Part shown: piece after piece, positions 1 to 7,622 of the stretch
Numbering within the stretch: position 1 is the first letter of the stretch
Layout of the letters: each line of letters opens with the position of its first letter
IMG/VR virus record: IMGVR_UViG_3300020524_000002
Coordinates: 1 to 30,477 of that record
Reading direction: 5' to 3' (one strand)
Origin: a virus
Taxonomy: Duplodnaviria > Caudoviricetes
DNA: 30,477 nucleotides
Notes under the pieces: model-generated
What the model saw: only the letters and a program-made list of their open reading frames with translations
Database searches by the model: none
What the model was told of the DNA's origin: nothing
Program-made: the position numbers and the translations under genes

Positions 1-127
1 AAATGGTTATTCGATGAGGTGTTTAGTGATGCAGGATTCACTTACGAATCGTCATCACTTGAAACAATTATTCAACGCTACTATATGCCGTTTATCACGG
101 GCAAGGACATCAAGACGGTTGAGACAA
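1..127. repeat. Terminal direct repeat, left copy (circular assembly overlap)
   Basis: Identical to 30351-30477. The 127-nt length matches a common assembler k-mer, and a CDS reads in frame through the join. Confidence 0.95.
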
Positions 128-2253
128 CTGATGTCGCTTATTTTGATTTAGCGGCTGATGACGCGACGAATTTATCTGAGGGTACATATTTACTTACCGA
201 TATACCAACTGTTGAGTATGCTGACAACGGTGGCAACGTGGATGCTAACTTTGTATTTACTGCACCTTACGCAGCATCATTTCAATTCGGTATTAAATTC
301 GGAACATACCTAGACGATTGGACAACGAATAACATTGGCAACAATTTTTGCAGCGTTAGTCTTTACGATGTAGATACGGGAGCTGCGCTATGGGGTACGT
401 TTGCTCCTGAGTATTGGTATCCAAATGAATACTATTTTACACCCACACTTACATTGGCTTACAATCAACGTGTGGCAATGAAGTTTAAACTCAATAAATA
501 TAATTACACTAATCCGTCAACTGGTGTAAGTTACCAATGGGACGACCACGTAGTAAGTTATGGTAGCGGTTTTAAATTACTTGCTACTAATAGCGGAGTA
601 ATACTTCAAGAAGGAACATTTGACGCAGCATTGAACGCTCCCGATTATGGTCAAGCAGAACTTGTCCGCGATATGGTTAAGATGCACAACCTCGTTATTA
701 TTCCCGATGAGAACAATCCAACTCACGTAATCATCGAGACAATGGATGACTACTTGCAGAGTGGCGGTTCTGCGGATTGGACAAAGAAACTAGACTATGA
801 AAAAGACGTAGTGTTATACGCTCCAGTTGATGAGCAAAAAAAGAAATTTAGATGGACATACAAGGCAGGTAACGAATACTTATCTCAGCTATTTGTCACG
901 ATTGGAAAGAGGGTGTTTGGAGATTATGAATTATACCAAACGAATAACGATTTTGCAACTGGAGAGGAAGTGATGGAGTTAGGTTTTTCTAGCACACCAC
1001 TCAATGAGGTTGCTAATACTGCCATACCCATTCCAAAATTTGTGGACAGTCAAGGTGCATTCGTGAACGCAGGTGCGAGGTGTTTGTATGTGTCAGAACT
1101 TGAACCATCAATAGCAGTGTACGACGAGGTTGCAGAAGAAGGGGTGTTAACACCTATATTTTCATTTAGTCATTCAGATGTTATAATTCCAGATGTCGAT
1201 AGCAACGACCTAAACTTTGCGCCCGAAACATACCTACAAGCATACACGGCATTTCCCGTTAACAACTTGTTCAATCGTTTTTGGCGCAGGTATTATAATG
1301 AGATTTATGACGAGCAGTCAAGAATAATGGAGGCATACTTCACGCTCGATTTGAATGACTATAAATCAATTCAATTCAACGATGTGATATTTGTTAAGGA
1401 TAGCTATTGGAGAGTGCTAGAGATTAGTGATTATGTCGTAGGGCAGCGAGTAAGTAGCAAGTGTAAGTTAATTAAGATTATAGACATACCAGAGGCGTGT
1501 GGATTTACACCTAACGCATCAGCAGAAGATGGACAAATACTATTTACTGATGGTGTTGATACGGGCTTAGATGGTTCGCAATCTTGCTGCGAGTTGTATG
1601 GTTACACTTGGAACGCAAACGTGGACAAGTGCTACGCTTTTGGTGGTGGTGACAGACCTTCGCAAGTAAGTAACAGATCCTTTGAAGCGGTCAGCCAACC
1701 GACAGTAAGAGGTAACGGTAACGTCGTAGAGATTGGCGTGAATGATTCGCAGGTGTTGGGTGACTTCAACCGTGTTGTGTCGGCAGCTAGCGGTTCGTTG
1801 GTGGTTGGTCAAGGTGTTGACGCAAAATATAGAGGTGTTCACTTTGGTGTCAACCCATCTTTGGGAAAATCACAAGGCGGTCTATTGTCATTTAGTGGGG
1901 CAGGAACGTATGCTGCTACGGGTGACAAGGTTGAAATAAAGTTGAACGGTGTTGATAGATTGAATCTTGACAACGGCACTATGTGGCTTTGTGAACTGTC
2001 GGTTGTAATGTCGCAGAACGCATCAACCAAACATAGCGCAGTGTTCTCTTTTCACATCTACAAGAACACGACTGCGGCAGTTAGTGCTATCACTACCATC
2101 ACGCAGATTGGAAGTTTGAATACACTTGCAGGTTCAGTTGATGTGTCAACAGATACTGCGCAACATAGACTTCAAATCGGAATGAGTGGTGGTAGTGGTT
2201 ATCCATACACTGTTGAGATAAGTGCTATACTAAAATACACACAAATCAAATGA
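1..2253 (+). CDS. Large virion tail/baseplate protein, 3' part (gene starts at 29763 and wraps the join; about 946 aa total)
   Basis: Frame is open from base 1 (KWLFDEVFSDAGF...) and continuous with 29763-30350. It lies in the tail module upstream of the tape-measure-like gene and has a beta-rich C-terminus. Confidence 0.75.
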   Translation, partial: KWLFDEVFSDAGFTYESSSLETIIQRYYMPFITGKDIKTVETTDVAYFDLAADDATNLSEGTYLLTDIPTVEYADNGGNVDANFVFTAPYAASFQFGIKFGTYLDDWTTNNIGNNFCSVSLYDVDTGAALWGTFAPEYWYPNEYYFTPTLTLAYNQRVAMKFKLNKYNYTNPSTGVSYQWDDHVVSYGSGFKLLATNSGVILQEGTFDAALNAPDYGQAELVRDMVKMHNLVIIPDENNPTHVIIETMDDYLQSGGSADWTKKLDYEKDVVLYAPVDEQKKKFRWTYKAGNEYLSQLFVTIGKRVFGDYELYQTNNDFATGEEVMELGFSSTPLNEVANTAIPIPKFVDSQGAFVNAGARCLYVSELEPSIAVYDEVAEEGVLTPIFSFSHSDVIIPDVDSNDLNFAPETYLQAYTAFPVNNLFNRFWRRYYNEIYDEQSRIMEAYFTLDLNDYKSIQFNDVIFVKDSYWRVLEISDYVVGQRVSSKCKLIKIIDIPEACGFTPNASAEDGQILFTDGVDTGLDGSQSCCELYGYTWNANVDKCYAFGGGDRPSQVSNRSFEAVSQPTVRGNGNVVEIGVNDSQVLGDFNRVVSAASGSLVVGQGVDAKYRGVHFGVNPSLGKSQGGLLSFSGAGTYAATGDKVEIKLNGVDRLNLDNGTMWLCELSVVMSQNASTKHSAVFSFHIYKNTTAAVSAITTITQIGSLNTLAGSVDVSTDTAQHRLQIGMSGGSGYPYTVEISAILKYTQIK

Positions 2254-2456
2254 TAAGAATAGACCAACTGCACGATAACTTGAACATTATGTTTGAGATG
2301 CACAAGCAAGGAATAAGTGGAGAAACTGACTGCTCAAAAGTAGCGGAAGGAAAGCACCACTTAAAAAGTAAAGCGAAGTTCAATGCACTTAAGTGGACAT
2401 TGCAAATCTGTCCAATTCTAGTCATTGTTTATATTATCATTAAAGCAGTAATATAA
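2250..2456 (+). CDS. Small hypothetical protein with C-terminal transmembrane segment
   Basis: ATGA overlap with the upstream gene, stop overlapping the next start, and hydrophobic C-terminus ICPILVIVYIIIKAVI. Confidence 0.7.
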   Translation: MIRIDQLHDNLNIMFEMHKQGISGETDCSKVAEGKHHLKSKAKFNALKWTLQICPILVIVYIIIKAVI

Positions 2457-4291
2457 TGGCAGAAGGCAATGTATCGTCGGCAAGTAATGGCGTAGAAAAT
2501 CTAACGGCACAACTTCGCATTCTTAAAAAAGAACTTGCCACACTCGACCCTAACTCTGCAAAATTTGCTGAATTAGCCGTACAAGTCGGTGAGGTAAAAG
2601 ACAAAATGAATGATGCTGCGGAAGCGATGAACGCTAACGCAGGTTCTGCTTTTGAAAAACTGCAAAACAATGCAGGACTTTTAAAAGAACGCTTGTTCAA
2701 TATGGATTTTGATGGGGTTACAAGCTCTGTCAAAGGATTAGCAACAAGTGTGAAAGGTGTTTCTTTCAAAGAAATGATATCGGGTATTGGCGGTATGATT
2801 GCCGCAATGGCTCAACTTGCGGTTGCTATTGCTTCAAATCCGTTCTTATTGTTGGCAGGTGTTATAACTGCAATAGCTTACAACTTTAAAGATTTAAAAG
2901 CGTGGGTAAGGGATGCTTCGGGCGAAATAGCACGAATGGCTGAACTTACAAACGACTTGAATAGCGCAATGGATGCTCAGTACAAAGAGCAATCAAAGTC
3001 AATCGCTCAAATTGAAGTATTAACGGCAACAGTCACAGATCATACGCTATCTGAAAAAGAAAGAAGAAAAGCCTTAACACTATTGTCCGAAATGTACCCA
3101 GAGTATTTTAAAAATATCAAAGGGGATATTGATAATACGGATGCGTTAACTGCTGCAAAATCTGCATTGATTAAAAAGATTACTGAGGAAGCAAAAGCAA
3201 ATGCGGCAAAAAGTTTATTGGAAGCGGAGTATGCTAAAAAATTAGCCGCAGAACGTGCGGTTAATGATGCTAAGGCGCGAATGTCTGCTGAAGATTTTGC
3301 GGAAGCGGTTGAGGATGCGAGAGACAATTCACAAACATTATTTAAAGAGACAAACCAAGCAATATCTGAATGGATTAACGGAACTGATAATGCAGGTGCA
3401 GCTGCTTTGCAACTTGAAAAGTCTCTAAAAAATATTGCATATCTTGAAGGTATAGCGGCACAAGCAGTTGTTACTGGTGCTGAAAAAGAAGTTGAAGCCA
3501 AAAAGAAAACGGAAGAATCTCACAAAAAAACAAATAAGGAGAAAAAAAAATCTGACGAAGAAATACAAGCAGAAAAGAAAAAGTCAGACAATGAGTATTA
3601 TGAATGGTCGAGAAAGGAACTTAATACTTTTCTTGATAACAAAAATAAAACTGAAGTTGATGCACTTGTAAATAGTATCAAGACAACAGAACCAATACTT
3701 AAAGAGTGGCACGGAACACAACTTAAACTATCAAAAGAAGAAGTTGAAGCCAATAAGTTATTACAAAAAGAAAAATATGCAACACAAGTACAATTAGCTT
3801 CGGATGCGGTTGGCTCATTGATGGCATTAAACGATGCGTTTGCTAATGGTTCTGAGAAGTCAGCTAAAAGAGCGTTCCAAATAAACAAAGCCTTGTCACT
3901 TGCTCAGGCAATTATGTCAACGTATCAAGCAGTGAACGCTCAATTAGCAGTACCGCAAGATGCGATAACGGGAGCGAATTATGTCAAGGCAGGTATATCA
4001 CTTGCGATGGGTCTTGCGAATGTGGTTAAAATATCCAAGACTCAATTCAATAGTAGTTCAGCAGGTGGCGGTGGTGGTGGTGGTTCAATGAGTAGCGGTG
4101 GCGGTTCACTTGGTGGCGGTGGTGGTAGTGGTTCAATGACTTCTGTCACACCTGCTTTCAACCCACTCAACACATCATTCCTAAATAATAGACCTGCACA
4201 GACGGGCGCAGTACAAGCATATGTGCTAAGTAGTAACGTGTCATCTGCAATGGAAGCGAATCAAAAAGTTAAAGACCAAACAGTTTTATAA
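2456..4291 (+). CDS. Tape-measure-like tail protein (611 aa)
   Basis: Ala/Lys/Glu-rich helical composition, hydrophobic segment (IAAMAQLAVAIASNPFLLLAGVITAIAY), Gly-rich linker and position in the tail module. Confidence 0.7.
   Translation: MAEGNVSSASNGVENLTAQLRILKKELATLDPNSAKFAELAVQVGEVKDKMNDAAEAMNANAGSAFEKLQNNAGLLKERLFNMDFDGVTSSVKGLATSVKGVSFKEMISGIGGMIAAMAQLAVAIASNPFLLLAGVITAIAYNFKDLKAWVRDASGEIARMAELTNDLNSAMDAQYKEQSKSIAQIEVLTATVTDHTLSEKERRKALTLLSEMYPEYFKNIKGDIDNTDALTAAKSALIKKITEEAKANAAKSLLEAEYAKKLAAERAVNDAKARMSAEDFAEAVEDARDNSQTLFKETNQAISEWINGTDNAGAAALQLEKSLKNIAYLEGIAAQAVVTGAEKEVEAKKKTEESHKKTNKEKKKSDEEIQAEKKKSDNEYYEWSRKELNTFLDNKNKTEVDALVNSIKTTEPILKEWHGTQLKLSKEEVEANKLLQKEKYATQVQLASDAVGSLMALNDAFANGSEKSAKRAFQINKALSLAQAIMSTYQAVNAQLAVPQDAITGANYVKAGISLAMGLANVVKISKTQFNSSSAGGGGGGGSMSSGGGSLGGGGGSGSMTSVTPAFNPLNTSFLNNRPAQTGAVQAYVLSSNVSSAMEANQKVKDQTVL
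4064..4139 (+). repeat. Imperfect 28-nt direct repeat encoding a Gly/Ser linker
   Basis: GGTGGCGGTGGTGGT(G/A)GTGGTTCAATGA at 4064-4091 and 4112-4139, with one mismatch. Confidence 0.85.
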
Positions 4292-4292
4292 T

Positions 4293-4877
4293 ATGAAAAA
4301 AGAAGTAAGACAATACGACATCGACGAGGAAGGTTTCTTGGGTGTCCAAGCAATTTCACTAGTTGAATTTCCTGCTATCGAAGTAGACTTTATCGCGCTC
4401 TCCAAAGAGAAGAAAGTAAAGCTATCTGACATCCAAGAGGAAAGAAAGATGGTGTACGGTGCGGCACTCATTCCCGATAAATTGATCTACAGAGAAGACG
4501 GTGACGGAACGCCATACTACGCTCAGTTCACTTCTAAACTAATTGAGAAGGTAGCGCACAATTTCTTGCTAAAGAATCTGCAACACAACCACACGGTTGA
4601 GCATACTTTTGCCGTGACTGGTTTAACTGTTGTTGAATCGTGGTTGAAAGAAGGCGAGAGTGATAAGTCGGTAGGCTTAGGATTTGAACTGCCGAACGGA
4701 ACTTGGTTTGTTGGTGTTAAAGTTGACAATGAAGAAGTGTGGCAGCAAGTGAAAGAAGGCAAGATTAAAGGATTCTCGATTGAAGGATTCTTTAATGAGG
4801 TGGGTGTTGAAATGTCACGAGGAGAAATAAGAGAAAATTGGGCGAATGAAATAGATAACTACCTATCTTCGCTATAA
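4293..4877 (+). CDS. Prohead maturation protease, XkdF-like (Peptidase_S78_2 type)
   Basis: Motifs MVYGAALIPD, H-x-x-E-H, VVESW and GTWFVGVKV...VWQQVKEGKIKGFSIEG; lies upstream of scaffold and capsid. Confidence 0.85.
   Translation: MKKEVRQYDIDEEGFLGVQAISLVEFPAIEVDFIALSKEKKVKLSDIQEERKMVYGAALIPDKLIYREDGDGTPYYAQFTSKLIEKVAHNFLLKNLQHNHTVEHTFAVTGLTVVESWLKEGESDKSVGLGFELPNGTWFVGVKVDNEEVWQQVKEGKIKGFSIEGFFNEVGVEMSRGEIRENWANEIDNYLSSL
4864..4871 (+). promoter_or_regulatory. Putative Bacteroidota -7 promoter element (TATCTTCG)
   Basis: One-base variant of TAnnTTTG immediately upstream of the 4876-4964 non-coding unit; TTG at 4838-4840 with slightly long spacing. Confidence 0.45.
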
Positions 4878-4964
4878 GATTATTGTGTTTTGTGTTCATT
4901 GTGTTAATGTGTTTTTGTTAAGGTTAGGGAAGCCCGTTGCTAATGAGTGACGGGCTTTTCTTTT
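4876..4964 (+). ncRNA. Putative small RNA antisense to phage start-codon regions
   Basis: Intergenic U/G-rich tract with four TGTGTT copies (4884, 4891, 4900, 4908) around CAT (4897-4899), followed by an intrinsic terminator; 8-12 nt complementarity to several gene starts. Confidence 0.55.
4930..4964 (+). terminator. Rho-independent terminator
   Basis: AAGCCCGTTGC-TAATGA-GTGACGGGCTT hairpin followed by TTCTTTT. Confidence 0.85.
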
Positions 4965-5031
4965 ACTGTTAATAAATATTTGTCTAATGGTTTTCGCTCG
5001 ATATATTATTGGGTGTAAATCAATATACAAA

Positions 5032-5616
5032 ATGAAAGTAATAGAAACATTGAGTGCTATTCTAAAGAAGCACAACATCAAAGGCATTTCGCTTTCTGAA
5101 GTAGTTGAAGTTAAGATGTCGATGGAGGGAACTCTTACAGATGGTACGGTGGTGGCTACACCTAGTGACTCGTTTGAAGTAGGAGCAGAACTTTACGTTA
5201 TCGATGCTGAGGGTAACCCACAACCTGCACCAGATGGAGAGCATACGCTTGACAACGGTTCAGTTATAGTTACCGTTGGCGGCTTCATTACTGAAATGAA
5301 AGAAGCGGAAGTAGCAGAAGAAGAAATGAGTGCAGACATCGCAGCGGTTATCGCAGCAATGGATGAGCAGTTGACATCTATCAAGAATCAACTAGCAGAA
5401 CGTGACACGCAGTTGTCAGCAGTTACAGAAGAATTGTCAGCGGTTAAAACTGACCTTACTATCGCAACGGCTAAGGCTACTGAATTGTCAAAAAAAGCAG
5501 GGGCAGTATCTATCAAAAGTGAAACACCTGCGGCTGAAATCTCAGCAGTAAATTTTTCAAAAAAACAAACTAAAAACGACAGAATCTTAAGCAAGATTAT
5601 GTCACTAAAAAAATAA
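5032..5616 (+). CDS. Capsid scaffolding-like protein
   Basis: Acidic protein with a C-terminal coiled coil between protease and capsid. Likely start is ATG 5032 (MKVIETL) in an A-rich context, not 4987. Confidence 0.7.
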   Translation: MKVIETLSAILKKHNIKGISLSEVVEVKMSMEGTLTDGTVVATPSDSFEVGAELYVIDAEGNPQPAPDGEHTLDNGSVIVTVGGFITEMKEAEVAEEEMSADIAAVIAAMDEQLTSIKNQLAERDTQLSAVTEELSAVKTDLTIATAKATELSKKAGAVSIKSETPAAEISAVNFSKKQTKNDRILSKIMSLKK

Positions 5617-5622
5617 TAAGAA

Positions 5623-6570
5623 ATGGCTACATCATTAACTATTAGCAGTTCTTCATACGCAGGTGAATTAGCACTTCCGTATATCCAAGCTGCTATTCTA
5701 TCGGGCGATACTCTAGCAAATGGCTACATCGCTATCAAAGAAAACGTAAAGTACAAAGCGGTTATCAAGAAGCTATCATCTAGCGGATTGGTAGTAGCTG
5801 CTACTTGTGACTTTACAGTCGCAGGTTCTGTTACTCTAGCTGAGACAGTACTTACTACAACTGACTTGAACACTAATGTTGAACTTTGCAAAAAGCAATT
5901 CGTTCAAGATTGGGAAGCTTACAACACGGGTGCAGGATTCATCAATGACCAAGTACCAGTTGAGTTCGCTGACTTTATGTTGGCTCACATTGCTGCAAAA
6001 GTTGGAGAGGCTATCGAGTTCAACTTGTGGCAGGGTAACTTTGATGCTGCGTCTTCAAATTCAACACCAACTTACAGTGCGTTCACTGGTCTTCTTCGCT
6101 TGATTGACAACGCGAAATCAGGTACTCCTGACGTTGACTTCTCTGCTGCTACTTCTGCATCAAACGTTATCGCGCAAATGCAATCAGTATTGGCTGCTTT
6201 GCCATCTACATTGATTGGTAAGACAGACACTGTGAAGCTTTACGTTAACCGCAAAACTGCTCAGTTCTACCGTCAAGCAATCAATACACTTGGTTATCAG
6301 TTCACATACAACGCAACGGGTGAAGCACCAGTGCTAGTTGATGGATATGAAATCTATGTTTGCCCAGGTATTCCAGATGCAACAATGGTCGCTGCTGAAG
6401 CTGACAATTTGTTCTTTGGTACTGATCTATTGAGCGACTTGAACGAGGCGAAAGTGATTGATATGTCAATGACTGACGGTTCAGACAACGTGCGTATTGC
6501 AATGCGTTACAGAGCAGGTACTGCTATCGGATTCGGTGCAGATATCTCTTTGGGTTACGTTAATCCATAA
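5623..6570 (+). CDS. Major capsid protein
   Basis: 315 aa, follows protease and scaffold, followed by a terminator; sequence pattern resembles capsid proteins of Bacteroidota siphoviruses (YAGELA.PYI.AAIL, FNLWQG, NVRIAMRY.AG). Confidence 0.8.
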   Translation: MATSLTISSSSYAGELALPYIQAAILSGDTLANGYIAIKENVKYKAVIKKLSSSGLVVAATCDFTVAGSVTLAETVLTTTDLNTNVELCKKQFVQDWEAYNTGAGFINDQVPVEFADFMLAHIAAKVGEAIEFNLWQGNFDAASSNSTPTYSAFTGLLRLIDNAKSGTPDVDFSAATSASNVIAQMQSVLAALPSTLIGKTDTVKLYVNRKTAQFYRQAINTLGYQFTYNATGEAPVLVDGYEIYVCPGIPDATMVAAEADNLFFGTDLLSDLNEAKVIDMSMTDGSDNVRIAMRYRAGTAIGFGADISLGYVNP

Positions 6571-6589
6571 TTGAAATAATAACTTAAAG

Positions 6590-6623
6590 AACGGGTGGGC
6601 GTTAAACACCCATCCGTTTTTTT
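6590..6623 (+). terminator. Rho-independent terminator after capsid gene
   Basis: AACGGGTGGG ... CCCATCCGTT stem followed by a T-run. Confidence 0.8.
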
Positions 6624-6640
6624 ATTAAAAAAAAAATACT

Positions 6641-7180
6641 ATGTGTAATTTAACTAGAGGTTTTGGTCTTGGATGTAACGATACAATCGGTGGAGTGAAG
6701 GCTCTTTATTTTGCTGATTGGGAAGATGTAGTAGCAGGTGTAGCTTACGACGCTACTAGCGGTCAAGTTGAGGTATTGCCTACAATGACTATCTACAAAT
6801 ATGTGCCACACCGTAACACGGGAAATTGGGTTGAAGAAACAACTGCAAACCTTGATACTGGTTCTGTGTTTTGGACATCAACTATCTCTGCTTCATTGAA
6901 AGAACTTTCTCATACTGCTCAGCAAGAACTTCAAAACTTGGCTTATGGTCGTTGGGTTGTTTTCGTTGAAGATGCAAACAGAAATATTTGGATGGTAGGT
7001 GCGCAGGAAGGTGTACTTGTTAGCGGTGGTAACGGCTCAACGGGTGCTGCAAAAGGTGACTTGAATGGTTACACTTTGACTCTTTCAGCAGAGGACAGAT
7101 ATCGCGCTCCACGTTTGGAGAATTATACTACTGTTCCTTTCGATAATGCTACATTTGGCACTATCACGATTGAGGATTAA
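6641..7180 (+). CDS. Probable major tail tube protein
   Basis: 179 aa, beta-rich, with C.L..G....C.D..GG.K..YF at the N-terminus and TG...GD.NGYTLT at the C-terminus; followed by its own terminator. Confidence 0.6.
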   Translation: MCNLTRGFGLGCNDTIGGVKALYFADWEDVVAGVAYDATSGQVEVLPTMTIYKYVPHRNTGNWVEETTANLDTGSVFWTSTISASLKELSHTAQQELQNLAYGRWVVFVEDANRNIWMVGAQEGVLVSGGNGSTGAAKGDLNGYTLTLSAEDRYRAPRLENYTTVPFDNATFGTITIED

Positions 7181-7190
7181 TTCTTAACTA

Positions 7191-7226
7191 ATAGTGGGTA
7201 AGTTGGAAGATTTACCCACTATTTTA
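7191..7226 (+). terminator. Rho-independent terminator / hairpin
   Basis: Perfect 11-bp inverted repeat ATAGTGGGTAA (7191-7201) / TTACCCACTAT (7212-7222) followed by T's. Confidence 0.75.
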
Positions 7227-7238
7227 TATTGTTCTTAT

Positions 7239-7622
7239 ATGGTATATCTTTTACCGAATACTGCAAGTCAGACATTGTATCTGTCACTTTACGAAGGGCG
7301 TTATACATTGCCTGACTTTACGCATTATATGCTCTCAATAATTCGTGAAGAAAATAGTGAGACTGGAGACAAGTTGAATCAAGTTCCCACTATCGTTACA
7401 GATGGCAGCGGATACACTCGAATCGTAGTTACAACTGTCACACTTACACAAGCAGGTAGATATAGATATGTCGTTTATGGACAAAATTCGTCCACAAATA
7501 CAGATGAAGAAGATGCTTCGGTAGTAGGCATAGTGGAGATTGGTTACTTAGAACTTACAGATAGCGGTTCATATTATGACGTTATCGAAACAACATCAGC
7601 AAATGATATCATCATTGATTAA
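7239..7622 (+). CDS. Hypothetical structural protein
   Basis: Likely start is ATG 7239 (MVYLLPN), since the 7194 GTG lies inside the terminator; sits between tail tube and portal. Confidence 0.65.
   Translation: MVYLLPNTASQTLYLSLYEGRYTLPDFTHYMLSIIREENSETGDKLNQVPTIVTDGSGYTRIVVTTVTLTQAGRYRYVVYGQNSSTNTDEEDASVVGIVEIGYLELTDSGSYYDVIETTSANDIIID

Noticed and set aside
1-127. Biological terminal repeat of the virion DNA
   Set aside because: Its length equals a common assembly k-mer and it falls mid-gene, so it is best explained as circular contig overlap.
3541-3556. A9 run in the tape-measure gene as a frameshift site
   Set aside because: It lies in a Lys/Glu-rich segment with several A-runs, and there is no extended alternative frame.
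3040-3888. Antisense and alternate-frame ORFs within the tape-measure-like gene, and similar shadow ORFs elsewhere
   Set aside because: Fully nested in well-supported genes with no start context or motifs.
4792-4899. 35-codon minus-strand ORF starting at AACACAATG (4899)
   Set aside because: It is antisense to the protease gene, and the adjacent promoter-like and terminator elements point in the + direction. Retained only as an alternative to the sRNA model.
4884-4916. TGTGTT repeats as a CRISPR array or replication iterons
   Set aside because: Units are only 6 nt with 1-3 nt spacing, there are no spacers or cas genes, and no initiator is nearby.
5608-5625. Scaffold-capsid read-through fusion (same frame)
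   Set aside because: Two consecutive TAA stops separate the genes.
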